A DNA stretch of 63,490 bases, counting the filler, from Chiloscyllium plagiosum (taxonomy: Eukaryota): the NCBI RefSeq assembly GCF_004010195.1. It is 4 parts of one record of this genome, joined end to end, with 100 filler letters (N's around TTAATTAATTAA, not from the genome) between each part and the next. Parts side by side here need not be neighbours in the genome. Positions count along the whole stretch, not along the records: positions 1 to 12,595 come from NC_057713.1; 3 more parts are not named here. One strand, 5' to 3'. Shown here piece by piece: positions 1 to 11,013 of the stretch; the stretch's first letter is position 1, and every line of letters starts with the position of its first letter. The notes beneath the pieces are model-generated. The model worked only from the letters and a program-made list of their open reading frames with translations, ran no database searches and was not told the origin of the DNA. A program made the translations under genes and the position numbers.

Positions 1-162
1 TCCTCCTCCCTCCCCTCCACAAAACAATACTGGAGTCGCCAACACAGGAAAGCTGTGATGGGCAAATGGGGGAACCATTTCCCAATGAAACATGGTCAAG
101 TTGGCCAATGGCATCGACCCTTGACCTCTACCACCCCAAAACCCCACCCCACGACCTCTGAC

Positions 163-298
163 CTCCCGCCGCGCCTCCCTGTCGACGCCGCCCGCCGCCA
201 TCTTGGATCGCCCGCGCCACGCGACAAGACCCTCGTTTAATATTCCCGCCGCCAACGTCCTCATCGCGTTCGCTTCCCGTTTCAGGACCGTCTCCGGA
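163..298 (-). CDS. Probable first coding exon of an unidentified minus-strand gene that runs off the window start (coding part 201-163, MAAGGVDREARRE; in-frame upstream ATG at 264)
   Basis: On the minus strand a pyrimidine tract plus CAG acceptor (tttttctttccccacctacccacccCAG) ends at 299. The ATG has strong context (aagATGGcggcg, 201-199) and a GAG|GTCAGA donor follows at 163/162 in phase 0. The peptide is too short to identify. Confidence 0.45.
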
Positions 299-955
299 CT
301 GGGGTGGGTAGGTGGGGAAAGAAAAACCTGACGCCTTTTTCTCCCCCCCCCACCACCGCCGCCCCGGAGAGAGATTAGACGGAAACCCCTCCGCTCACCT
401 CCGCTCCGGTCGGCGAACGCTGTCGCTCTGCCGCTCGGCCGGAAGTGTGAGGGGTGGGGTGGGGAGACGGGAGGCGGGTTCAGGAAAGGTCCCGCCTACC
501 TCCCGGCCCATTGGACCGAACGCACGTCCGTTGCGGACGTTACCCTTTCTATTGGGTAGCTGTCGTATCAATCGTCCGTAGGGTGCCCTCCTATTGGTGA
601 TTCCCTCGCCATCCGGGGGAAACGCCTACCCTGGCATCTATTGGTTGAGGGGGGTTATCAATCGTATACCCTTTCCTCATCTATTGGGGGAGCAACACGT
701 CCATCGGAAAAGCTGCCCACCTATTGGCGGGAGCCGCGACTGATGTTTGAGGGGGAGGCGGCTCCGCCACCGCCGCAAGACGCGTGCGTCGATTGGGCCG
801 TCCCGACGCCCATCCTCGCCGGAGGGAGAGGCCTTCCCCCATTGGATGGCAACGCCCATATCGGCGTCTCATTGGCCAGGGCCCAGTCCACACGGGCACC
901 TCCCCCTTACCTTCAGTATAAATACAGGTCCTTCTGCAGATTGTCCTCATTCACA
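165..955. promoter_or_regulatory. CpG-island promoter with YY1, ETS and nine CCAAT (NF-Y) boxes; TATA plus Inr on the + strand at the far edge
   Basis: High CpG density. GCCGCCATCTTG at 194-205, CCGGAAGTG at 439-447, ATTGG at 510, 551, 593, 640, 683, 723, 792, 841 and 871, TATAAATA at 917-924, TCATTC at 947-952. Confidence 0.75.
399..450 (-). other. Probable non-coding exon 1 of the same gene (5' end uncertain)
   Basis: Minus-strand donor GAG|GTGAGC at 399/398 gives a 100-nt intron to the acceptor at 299. An ETS/GABP motif CCGGAAGTG lies at 439-447, near the expected start. Confidence 0.4.
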
Positions 956-1272
956 GCTTCGGGAGAGGCTGTGACAGTCGAGGGGGTGGGGCTACGTCTG
1001 TGTGTTTGTACTTAAAAAAAGTAGAAATATAACCGGTTTTGAGAGTAGGATTGGTATCAAGGGCACAAAAACAATTTACTGTGTGTTTTGTCTTATTTAT
1101 TTCTGCGTCCATAGATGCTGGTGGTGTTCTATTCCACTCCTGACTTGTGGGGATGAGAGTCAGGAGGTGAGATACTGGCTGGAAGATTCTCAACCTCTGA
1201 CCTTTTTTTTTAAACTAATAATCAAGTTTTGCTCTCCTTCCATGCAGAAGGACAGGGGTAGCAGGTCCATGG

Positions 1273-1540
1273 AATTGTCCCTGTAGTGTCCACGGATGTG
1301 CAGGTTAGGGTGGGATTGGCCGTGCTAAATTGTCCTGTAGTGCCCAGGGATGTGCAGGTTAGGGTGGGATTGGCCGTGCTAAATTGTCCCCCTATTGCCC
1401 AGGGATGTGCAGGTTTGGGTGGGATTGGCCATGCTAAATTGTCCCCATAGTGCCCAGGGATGTGCAGGTTAGGGTGGGATTGGCCGTGCTAAATTGTCCC
1501 CGTAGTGCCCAGGGATGTGCAGGTTCGAGTGGGATTGGCC
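1273..1540 (+). repeat. Five tandem 54-55 bp units derived from the internal segment of an HE1-type SINE
   Basis: Unit aaattgtcccc(g)tagtgcccagggatgtgcaggttagggtgggattggccgtgct starts at ~1273, 1327, 1381, 1436 and 1491, and matches the SINE body seen elsewhere in the window. Confidence 0.9.
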
Positions 1541-1752
1541 ACCCTAACCCGCACATCCCTGGACACTACGGGACAATTTAGCACGGCCAATCCCACCCTA
1601 ACCTGCACATTTCTGGACTGTGGGAGGAACCGGAGGAAACCCACACAGACACAGCGAGAATGTGCAAACTCCACCCAGACAGTTGCCAGAGGGTGGAATT
1701 GAACCCAGGTCCCTGGTGCTGTGAGGCAGCAGTGCTAACCACTATGCCACAG
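1541..1752 (-). mobile_element. HE1-type tRNA-derived SINE, 5' half
   Basis: Reverse complement reads tgtggcatagtggttagcactgctgcctcacagcaccagggacctgggttcaattcc (A and B boxes), followed by the same core as the 38076 copy. Confidence 0.9.
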
Positions 1753-2866
1753 GTCCCCCACATTATATCTTTCCCCTCTCACCCTAACCCTGTGCCCTCT
1801 AGTTCTGGACTCCCCCACCCCAGGGAAAAGACTTTGTATATTTAGCCTATCCATGCCCCCTCATGATATTATAGACCTGTATAAGGTCACCCCTCAGCCT
1901 CTGACGCTCCAGGGAAAACAACCCCAGCCTGTTCAGCCTCTCCCTGTAGCTCAAATCTTCCAACCCTGGCAACATCCTTGTATATCTTTTCTGAACCCTT
2001 TCAAGTTTCACAACATCCTTCCAATAGGAAGGAGACCAGAATTGCACATAATTGGTGCTTGTTAAAATCTCAACATTTATCGAAATCTTTCTTATAGAGT
2101 CTGACAATGTGGAAATAGACCCTTTGGCCCATCCTGTCTTTGCCAACCCTAATCCCAAAATGAGCTAGTACAACACCTGCCCCTGCTCCCGACCCATCTC
2201 CCTCTAAACATTTCCCTCTCCATGTCCTTATCCAAATGCCTTTAACGTTCTAACTGTACCCACACCCCCACTTCCTCAGGAACTCATTCCACACGCAAGC
2301 CACCCTCTGTGTGTGAAAGAGATTTGCCCCCTCGTGTCTTTTTTTAAAATCTCTCTCCTTAAAAATGTCGTGAAATCTCCCATCCTGCCGTTAACCCTAC
2401 CTGTGCCCCTCATGATTTTATAAACTTCTAGGTGGTCACTTGAAGGGGCAACTTTTTCACCCAGAGGGTGGTGCGTGTGTGGGACGAGCTGCCAGAGGAA
2501 GTTGGGGGGGGGGGGCTGGTACAATGACAACATTTAAAAGGTGGATGGGGGACATGGACAGGAAGGGTTTAAGAGGGAGATGGGTTCAGGTGCCGGCGAA
2601 TGGGGACTAGACTGGGTTAGGATATCTGGGTCGGCATGGACGCGTTGGACCGAAGGGTCTTTTTTGCGTGCTGCACCTCTCTATGACTCTGACCTCTTAA
2701 CCTCCTCCGCTCCAGTGGGAAAAAAAAAGTCTCAGCCTATCCAGCCTCGCCACTCCCGGCAACATCCTGGTAAATCTCTTCTGAGCCCTCTCCGGGTTAA
2801 TAAAATCCTTCCTGTAACGGGGTGACCAGAACTGGACACAGTGTTCCAGAAGAGGCCTCAGCAAGG
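1753..2866. mobile_element. Mosaic of CR1/HER1-type LINE 3' fragments (minus 1753-2052, minus 2095-2439, plus 2440-2690, minus 2691-2866)
   Basis: Translation YVQFWSPSYWKDVVKLERVQKRYTRMLPGLEDLSYRERLNRLGLFSLERQRLRGDLIQVY is the CR1 ORF2 C-terminus; ctctatgactct tail present. Confidence 0.9.
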
Positions 2867-2963
2867 TCCGGAATCAGGTTGTTTGACCAATCGCGTTGCA
2901 ATCAGAACCCATCGCCTGGCACTTTAAAGTAAGGAACAGTTCAGGTCGAGGCTATCTCCTGAA

Positions 2964-3089
2964 TTTATTTTGAGGAGGGTTTGGTTTCGTCTGGTACATA
3001 ACACCAGCTCAAGGGGATGCGTCGACAGCAAGTGCACTGTCGCAGGAGAAATAAGACACTGAACAGAAAACATTTTTACATCGTTTAAT
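2964..3089 (-). terminator. Candidate polyadenylation signals of the claudin-12-like gene (ATTAAA 3089-3084; AATAAA 2969-2964)
   Basis: Hexamers on the minus strand. The ATTAAA is followed by a T/GT-rich tract (tgttttctgttcagtgtcttatttc). No transcript evidence. Confidence 0.35.
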
Positions 3090-3798
3090 TCCACATAAAG
3101 TTTCAGCGCACATCTCAACAACAAGAAACAGAGAGAGAGAGAGAGACGGGTATTGCTTCTTGTAAGAATACTGGGAAAAGAAATTACTGTTGGCAAATGT
3201 CACAGACACTTTCAGGGGTGTGTGTGTGTGTGTGGGACTCGACCCCTGCACACTAGAAGAGACAGAAGTAGAAATAGTACACTTGGCCCATTGGGTCGGC
3301 TCCGCCATTCGAGCGTGGCTGATGTGTTTCTCAACCCCAATCTCCCCGGAACCCTTGATCCTTGCCGCACACCCTATCTCTGTCTGAAATACACACTCAG
3401 TGTCTTAATATGGGAAAAGCACCCCCCCCCCCCCACCCCCCACTCCTTCCTCATACTGGATAATCACAGGGGTAGGGGGGGGGAAAAACGTCCTGGCTGC
3501 CCCCACCATTGGGAATCATTCAGGTTTCACAGAGACCTGGTTTACACCCACAGCCTGGCCCAACCACACCACCACAGCGCTCAAACACTGCCACTCAGGG
3601 GGAAACCCACAATCCCAACCCTAACCCCACCCTGGGAAGTGAGGGGGAAAGGGGAGGGGTGGTGTGAGGCGGAACTGGAGGGGAGTCAAGGGTGGGTAGG
3701 GGATTGAGAGAGAAACCTCCTGTTCACTATCTGGGGGCAGGATGAATATGGAACATCAGTGAATGTTGTCACACTTAGTTACAGACGAGGGTAACGGC

Positions 3799-4500
3799 TG
3801 TGTGTGTGTCACTTTGTGTGTGTGTCACTGTGTGTGTGTGTCACTGTGTGTGTGTGTGTCACTGTGTGTGTGTCACTGTGTCACTGTGTGTGTGTCACTG
3901 TATATGTGTGTGTGTGTCACTGTGTGTGTGTGTCACTGTATATATGTGTGTGTGTGTCACTGTGTGTGTGTCACTGTATATGTGTGTGTGTCACTGTATA
4001 TGTGTGTGTGTGTCACTGTGTGTGTGTGTCACTGTATATATGTGTGTGTGTGTCACTGTGTGTGTGTCACTGTATATGTGTGTGTGTCACTGTGTGTGTG
4101 TGTGAGAGTGTCACTGTGGGTGTGTCACTGAGTGTGTGTCACTGTGAGTGTGTGTCACTGTCTGTGTGTGTCACTGTGATTGTGTGTGTCACTGTGATTG
4201 TGTGTCACTGTGATTGTCACTGTGTGTGTGTCACTGTGTGTGTCACTGTCTGTGTATGTGAGTGTCACTGTGTGTGTATGTGAGTGTCACTGTGTGTGTG
4301 TGTGTGTGTCACTGTGTGTGTGTGTCTGTGTGGGCAAATGTGGTAGGAATAATATAAAAGAGATTGGAAATATATACGTGTGTGTGTGTGCGTGTGCCTG
4401 TGTATGAGAGTGTCAGTGTATGTGTGTGTGTGTATGTGTAAAACTGAGGCTGCTGCTGTGTGTGTGTTTGTTTGTGTGTGTGTGCGCGCGTGTGTGCACG
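3799..4500. repeat. Compound microsatellite, (GT)n punctuated by CACT, decaying into plain GT tracts
   Basis: Directly visible gtgtgtgtcact units over 3799-4330 and looser GT tracts to ~4500. Confidence 0.95.
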
Positions 4501-4807
4501 TGCATGCGTATGTCCTAGAATGGCAAACAGAGTACACCAAGAGCCCTGGGCGTGGGGAGAAAGGGGCGCAAATACTCTGAGTAATTGTGCAGGTCAGGGG
4601 GACGGTGGAGACAACGGAATATAACACCAGTGGAAGAGGGGCTCCCAAGGGATGCTGGCTAAACCTCTCCCGCCCAAATCTACACCCACCCCCCCTCACC
4701 CCCAAGAGGGCACACCACAGACCTTACCCCAAGGGGAGATTCCCCCCTCCTCCCTGAGACAGCGGAAACGACCCCCACAAGAGGCTGCACCTCTCCCCTC
4801 CCCACCC

Positions 4808-5584
4808 TCAGCGGATCTGCTGGGGGACGACGGGGATGTCGATCTCCAGGGTGGAGAGTCGGGAACGCCGGGAGTACCGCCCCACACTGTGGGCCTGCAG
4901 GCTCTCGGGGTAGGAGCCCAGGGGCTGCCAGAACGGGGGGGGCAGTGGGCGGCAGGTGCAGTACCACAGGAAGAGCAGGCCCGAGGCCAGGAAGAGGCCG
5001 GCTCCGCTGCCCAGCGCCAGGAAGGCGGCGGGTCCCGGGCTCCAGGCCGACGGTGGGTGACGGCGGCTCAGCTCGGCCGTGTGGAAGAGCAGCCAGAGGG
5101 ACGGCGCGCAGACCAGAGCCGCCGACAGCAGGTAGAGCGTCCCGGCCACCAGCTGGCAACCTGCCGCGTTCACCAGGCACTTGACCAGGTCCACGCTCCG
5201 GATCTTGGAGCTGCACGCCCCGTGGCACATTCCCAGCAAGCACAGCAGGCTGGCGGAGCAAGCGGCCAGCAAAGCGAGAGGCAGAGCAAACTGCAGACAC
5301 CTCAGGTCCAGCTGGTCCAGGGTGCGGTACCAGGTGGGGTCATCCAGGGCGCAGCCACCTCTCCCGGCACCGGTGGCCGCAGAGGAAGAGGAGGGTCCCT
5401 CGAAGCGCACGCACCGGCTCCACAGGCCGTCCGACACGGTCACGTTTCGGTCGTTACGGTTGGGGGACTGCAGCTGCTGCAGGCGCCACTGGGGCAGGAG
5501 GGTGGCCCCCAGCAGGGCAGAGGCGGAGGCCAGGCCGCACAGCAGTGCCAGCGCCGGGGCTACGTGCGGGCCGTGGCACGCCAT
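4808..5584 (-). CDS. CLDN12: Claudin-12-like protein, single coding exon, 258 aa (260 aa from the in-frame ATG at 5590)
   Basis: Matches claudin-12 hallmarks as recalled: MACHGPHVA start, [87 protein letters not shown]. Four hydrophobic segments; TGA at 4810-4808. Ortholog versus paralog status is unresolved. Confidence 0.93.
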   Translation of the reverse strand: MACHGPHVAPALALLCGLASASALLGATLLPQWRLQQLQSPNRNDRNVTVSDGLWSRCVRFEGPSSSSAATGAGRGGCALDDPTWYRTLDQLDLRCLQFALPLALLAACSASLLCLLGMCHGACSSKIRSVDLVKCLVNAAGCQLVAGTLYLLSAALVCAPSLWLLFHTAELSRRHPPSAWSPGPAAFLALGSGAGLFLASGLLFLWYCTCRPLPPPFWQPLGSYPESLQAHSVGRYSRRSRLSTLEIDIPVVPQQIR

Positions 5585-5613
5585 CGACATTCGGCACCAC
5601 CACACGCCGGCAG

Positions 5614-5651
5614 CTGCGGGGAGAGGGGGGGGAGCAGGGGGGGAAGAGGGA
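5614..5651 (-). promoter_or_regulatory. Splice acceptor of the claudin-12-like coding exon (exon starts at 5613, 29 nt before ATG 5584)
   Basis: Minus strand: long C/T tract (tccctcttccccccctgctccc...tctccccgCAG|ctg) ending in CAG. Confidence 0.8.
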
Positions 5652-8600
5652 CCAGCGCCGACACCGACCCCAGCGCCGACACAAGCACCAACTCCAACCC
5701 CAGCGCCGACACCGATCCCAGCGCCGACACCGACACAAGCACCAACACCGACCCCAGCGCCAACTCCGACCCCAGCGCCAACTCCGACCCCAGCGCCAAC
5801 ACCGACCCCAGCGCCATCGCCGACCACAGCGCCATCGCCGTCCACAGCGCCAACACCGTCCCCAGCGCCAACACCGACACAAGCACCAACACCGACCCCA
5901 GCGCCAACTCCGACCCCAGCGCCAACTCCGACCCCAGCGCCAACTCCGACCCTCTCCGACCCAAGCACAACTCAAGCACCAAGCACCAGCACCGACCCAA
6001 GCACGACTCCGGCACCGGCACCGACTCTGACGCCAGCACCAACTCAAGCACCAACTCCGACACCAGCGCCGACACCGACCCCAGCGCCATCTCCGACCCA
6101 AGCACAACTCAAGCACCAAGCACCAGCACCGACCCAAGCACGACTCCGGCACCGGCACCGACTCTGACGCCAGCACCAACTCAAGCACCAACTCCGACAC
6201 CAGCGCCGACACCGACCCCAGCGCCATCTCCGACCCAAGCACAACTCAAGCACCAAGCACCAGCACCGACCCAAGCACGACTCCGGCACCGGCACCGACT
6301 CTGACGCCAGCACCAACCCCAGCGCCGACACCGACCCCAGCGCCGACACCGACCCCAGCGCCGACACCGACCCCAGCGCCGACTCCGACCCCAGCGCCGA
6401 CACCGACCCCAGCGCCATCTCCGACCCAAGCACAACTCAAGCACCAAGCACCAGCACCGACCCAAGCACGACTCCGGCACCGGCACCGACTCTGACGCCA
6501 GCACCAACTCAAGCACCAACTCCGACACCAGCGCCGACACCGACCCCAGCGCCGACACCGACCCCAGCGCCGACACAAGCACCAACTCCGACCCAAGCAC
6601 AACTCAAGCACCAAGCACCAACACCGACCCCAGCGCCGATTCAAGCACCAGCACCGACCCAAGCACGACTCCGGCACCGGCACCGAAAGCACCAGCACCG
6701 ACCCAAGCACGACTCCGGCACCGGCACCGACTCTGACGCCAGCACCAACTCAAGCACCAACTCCGACACCAGCGCCGACACCGACCCCAGCGCCGACACA
6801 AGCGCCGACTCCGACCCCAGCGCCGACTCCGACCCCAGCGCCGACTCCGACCCCAGCGCCGACACAAGCAGCAACACCGACACAAGCACCAACTCCGACC
6901 CCAGCGCCAACTCCGACCCCAGCGCCAACACCAGTGCCAACACCGACCCCAGCGCCAACACCGACGCCAGCGCCATCACCGACCCCAGCGCCATCACCGA
7001 CCCCAGCGCCATCACCGACCCCAGCGCCAACTCCGACCCCAGCGCCAACACCAGTGCCAACACCGACCCCAGCGCCATCACCGACCCCAGCAGCAACTCC
7101 GACCCCAGCGCCGACTCCGACCCCAGCGCCGACTCCGACCCCAGCGCCGACTCCGACCCCAGCGCCATCACCGACACAAGCACCCGCACCGACACAACCA
7201 CCAACACCGACCCCAGCGCCAACACCGACCCCAGCGCCAACACCGACCCCAGCGCCATCACCGACCCCAGCGCCATCACCGACCCCAGCGCCATCACCGA
7301 CCCCAGCGCCATCACCGACCCCAGCGCCGACTCCGACCCCAGCGCCGACTCCGACCCCAGCGCCGACTCCGACCCCAGCGCCGACTCCGACCCCAGCGCC
7401 GACTCCGACCCCAGCGCCGACTCCGACACCAGCGCCATCACCGACACCAGCGCCATCACCGACACAAGCACCAGCACCGACACAAGCACCAGCACCGACC
7501 CCAGGGCCATCACGGACCCCAGCGCCATCACCGACCCCAGTGCCATCACCGACCCCAGCGCCAACACCGACCCCAGCGCCAACACCGACCCCAGCGCCAT
7601 CACCGACCCCAGCGCCAACACCGACCCCAGCGCCAACACCGACCCCAGCGCCAACTCCGAACCCAGCGCCAACTCCGAACCCAGCGCCAACTCCGAACCC
7701 AGCGCCAACTCCGAACCCAGCGCCGATTCAAGCACCAACTCCGACCCAAGCACCAGCACCGACCCAAGCACGACTCCGGCACCGGCGCCGGCACCGACTC
7801 CGACACCAACTCAAGCACCAACTCCGACCCCAGCGCCGACTCCGACCCCAGCGCCGACTCCGACCCCAGCGCCGACACCGACACCAGCCCCGACACCGAC
7901 ACCAGCGCCGACACAAGCACCAACTCCAACCCCAGCGCCGACACCGATCCCAGCGCCGACACCGACACCAGCGCCGACGCCGACACCAGCGCCGACGCCG
8001 ACACCGACCCCAGCGCCGACACCGACCCCAGCGCCGACACAAGCACCAACACCGACCCCAGCGCCATCACCGACCCCAGCACCAACTCCGACCCCAGCGC
8101 CATCACCGAACCCAGCGCCATCACTGAGAAGCACCAACTCCGACCCCAGCGCCATCACCGAACCCAGCGCCATCACTGAGAAGCACCAGCACCGACACAA
8201 GCACCAACACCGACCCCAGCGCCATCACCGACCCCAGCACCAACTCCGACCCCAGCGCCATCACCGAACCCAGCGCCATCACTGACACAAGCACCAACAC
8301 CGACCCCAGCGCCATCACCGACCCCAGCGCCATCACCGACCCCAGCGCCATCACCGTCCCCAGCGCCATCACCGACCCCAGCGCCATCACCGACCCCAGC
8401 GCCATCACCGTCCCCAGCGCCGACTCCGACCCCAGCGCCATCACCGTCCCCAGCGCCATCACCGACACAAGCACCAACACCGACCCCAGCACCATCACCG
8501 ACCCCAGCACCAACTCCGACACCAGCACCAACTCCGACACCAGCACCAACTCCGACACCAGCACCAACACCGACCCCAGCATCAACACAAGCACCAATTC

Positions 8601-10910
8601 CTACGCCAACGCCAACTCCGACCCCAGCGCCATCACCGACCCCAGCACCAACTCCGACCCCAGCGCCATCACCGTCCCCAGCGCCGACTCTGACCCCAGC
8701 GCCAACACCGACCCCAGCGCCAACTCAGACCCCAGCGCCAACTCAGACCCCAGCGCCATCTCAGACCCCAGCGCCATCACCGACCCCAGCGCCATCACCG
8801 ACCCCAGCGCCAACTCAGACCTCAGCGCCATCACCGACCCCAGCGCCATCACCGACACAAGCACCAGCACCGACACAAGCACCAACTCCGACCCCAGCGC
8901 CATCTCCGACCCCAGCGCCAACACCGACCCCAGCGCCAACTCCGACCCCAGCGCCAACTCCGACCCCAGCGCCAACTCCGACCCCAGCGCCATTTCTGAC
9001 ACAAGCACCAACTCCGACCCAAGCGCCGACTCCGACCCCAGCGCCGACACCGACCCCAGCGCCGACTCCGACCCCAGCGCCGACTCCGACCCCAGCGCCG
9101 ACTCCGACCCCAGCGCCGACTCCGACCCCAGCGCCGACACCGACCCCAGCGCCAACACCGACCCCAGCGCCATCACCGACCCCAGCGCCAACACCGACCC
9201 CAGCGCCATCACCGACACAAGCACCAGCACCGACACAAGCACCAACACCGACCCCAGCGCCGACTCCGACCCCAGCGCCGACTCCGACCCCAGCGCCATC
9301 TCCGACCCCAGCGCCATTTCTGACACAAGCACCAACTCCGACCCAAGCACCAACTCCGACCCAAGCACCAACTCCAACCCCAGCGCCGACTCCGACCCCA
9401 GCGCCAACACCGACCCCAGCGCCAACACCGACCCCAGCGCCAACACCGACCCCAGCGCCATCTCCGACCCCAGCGCCGACTCCGACCCCAGCCCCATCAC
9501 CGTCCCCAGCGCCAACACCGACCCCAGCGCCAACTCCGACACCAGCGCCAACACAAGCACCAATTCCGACGCCAGCGCCAACTCCGACCCCAGCGCCAAC
9601 TCCGACACCAGCGCCAACACCAGCGCCAACACCGACCCCAGCGCCAACACCGACCCCAGCGCCAACACCGACCCCAGCGCCAACACCGACCCCAGCGCCA
9701 ACACCAGCGCCAACTCCGACGCCAGCGCCAACTCCGACGCCAGCGCCAACTCCGAACCCAGCGCCAAGTCCGACCCCAGCGCCGATTCAAGCACCAACTC
9801 CGACCCAAGCACCAGCACCGACACAAGCACGACTCCGGCACCGGCGCCGGCACCGACTCCGACACCGACTCTGACGCCGGCACCAACTCAAGCACCGACT
9901 CCGACCCCAGCGCCGACTCTGACCCCAGCGCCGACTCCGACCCCAGCGCCGACTCCGACCCCAGCGCCGACACAAGCACCAACTCCGACCCCAGCGCCGA
10001 CACCGACCCCAGCGCCGACACCGACCCCAGCGCCGACACAAGCACCAACACCGACCCCAGCGCCATCACCGACCCCAGCACCAACTCCGACACCAGCGCC
10101 ATCACCGACCCCAACGCCAACTCCGACCCTAGCGCCATCACCGAACCCAGCGCCATCACTGAGAAGCACCAGCACCGACACAAGCACCAGCACCGACACA
10201 AGCACCAACACCGACCCCAGCGCCAACTCCGACCCCAGCGCCAACTCCGACCCCAGCGCCATCACCGAACCCAGCGCCATCACCGAACCCAGCGCCATCA
10301 CCGAACCCAGCGCCATCAACGACCCCAGCGCCATCACTGACACAAGCACCAGCACCGACACAAGCACCAACACCGACACAAGCACCAACACCGACCCCAG
10401 CGCCATCACCGACCCCAGCGCCGACTCCGACCCCAGCGCCATCACCGACCCCAGCGCCAACTCCGACCCCAGCGCCATCTCTGACACAAGCACCAACTCC
10501 GACCCAAGCACAACTCAAGCACCAAGCACCAACTCCGACCCAAGCACGACTCCGGCACCGGCGCCGGCACCGACTCAAGCACCAAGCACCGACTCCGACC
10601 AAAGCAGCATCACCGACTCCGGCACTAGCTCCGACACCGGCACCAGCTCCGGCACCAACTCTGACACCAAGCACCAGCACTGACCCAAGCACCAACTCCG
10701 GCACCAAGCACCAGCACTGACCCAAGCACCGACTCCGGCACCAGCATCGACACCGGCACCAGCACCAACTCCGACACCAAGCACCAGCACTGACCCAAGC
10801 ACCGACTCCGGCACCAGCATCGACACCGGCTCCGACACCAGCACCAACTCCGACACCAGCACCAACTCCGACACCAGCACCAACTCCGACACCAGCACCA
10901 ACAAAAGCAC
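5652..10910. repeat. ~5.25 kb minisatellite of 18-bp units (CCAGCGCCRACWCCGACC and variants) with a local 137-bp higher-order repeat
   Basis: Directly visible. Translates as PAPTPT on + and ALGSEL/GAGVGV on -. The 137-bp period is seen at ~5954, ~6091 and ~6228. Confidence 0.97.
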
Positions 10911-10929
10911 CACCTGCATATGACAGAAA

Positions 10930-11013
10930 GGGGCCGCTGGGAGCAGGGGCCGTGGCGGGGCCGAAGATGGAGTGAGGGGGCGGGGCCGGAGGGTGAGTCT
11001 GGGGGAGGGGCCG
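10930..11013. promoter_or_regulatory. Edge of a GC-rich, promoter-like segment truncated by the gap
   Basis: GC box GGGGCGGGGC at 10977-10986, several CpGs, and a + strand donor-like GG|GTGAGT at 10992/10993. Confidence 0.35.

Noticed and set aside
3763..4705. Cys/Val- and His/Thr-rich ORFs
   Set aside because: Translations of the GT/CA microsatellite.
5591..5968. 126-aa GAGVGV N-terminal extension of the claudin ORF in the ORF track
   Set aside because: It starts at a non-ATG codon inside the minisatellite and crosses a strong splice acceptor at 5614; homology begins at ATG 5584/5590.
4652..6304. 550-aa and 328-aa + strand ORFs overlapping the claudin
   Set aside because: Antisense shadow frames of a GC-rich CDS plus a stop-free repeat; no recognisable domain.
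5652..10910. Mucin/extensin-like PAPTPT or ALGSEL repeat proteins; CRISPR-like array
   Set aside because: Several frames are open only because the 18-bp unit lacks stops, and the frames shift repeatedly. There are no unique spacers or cas genes, and the context is eukaryotic.
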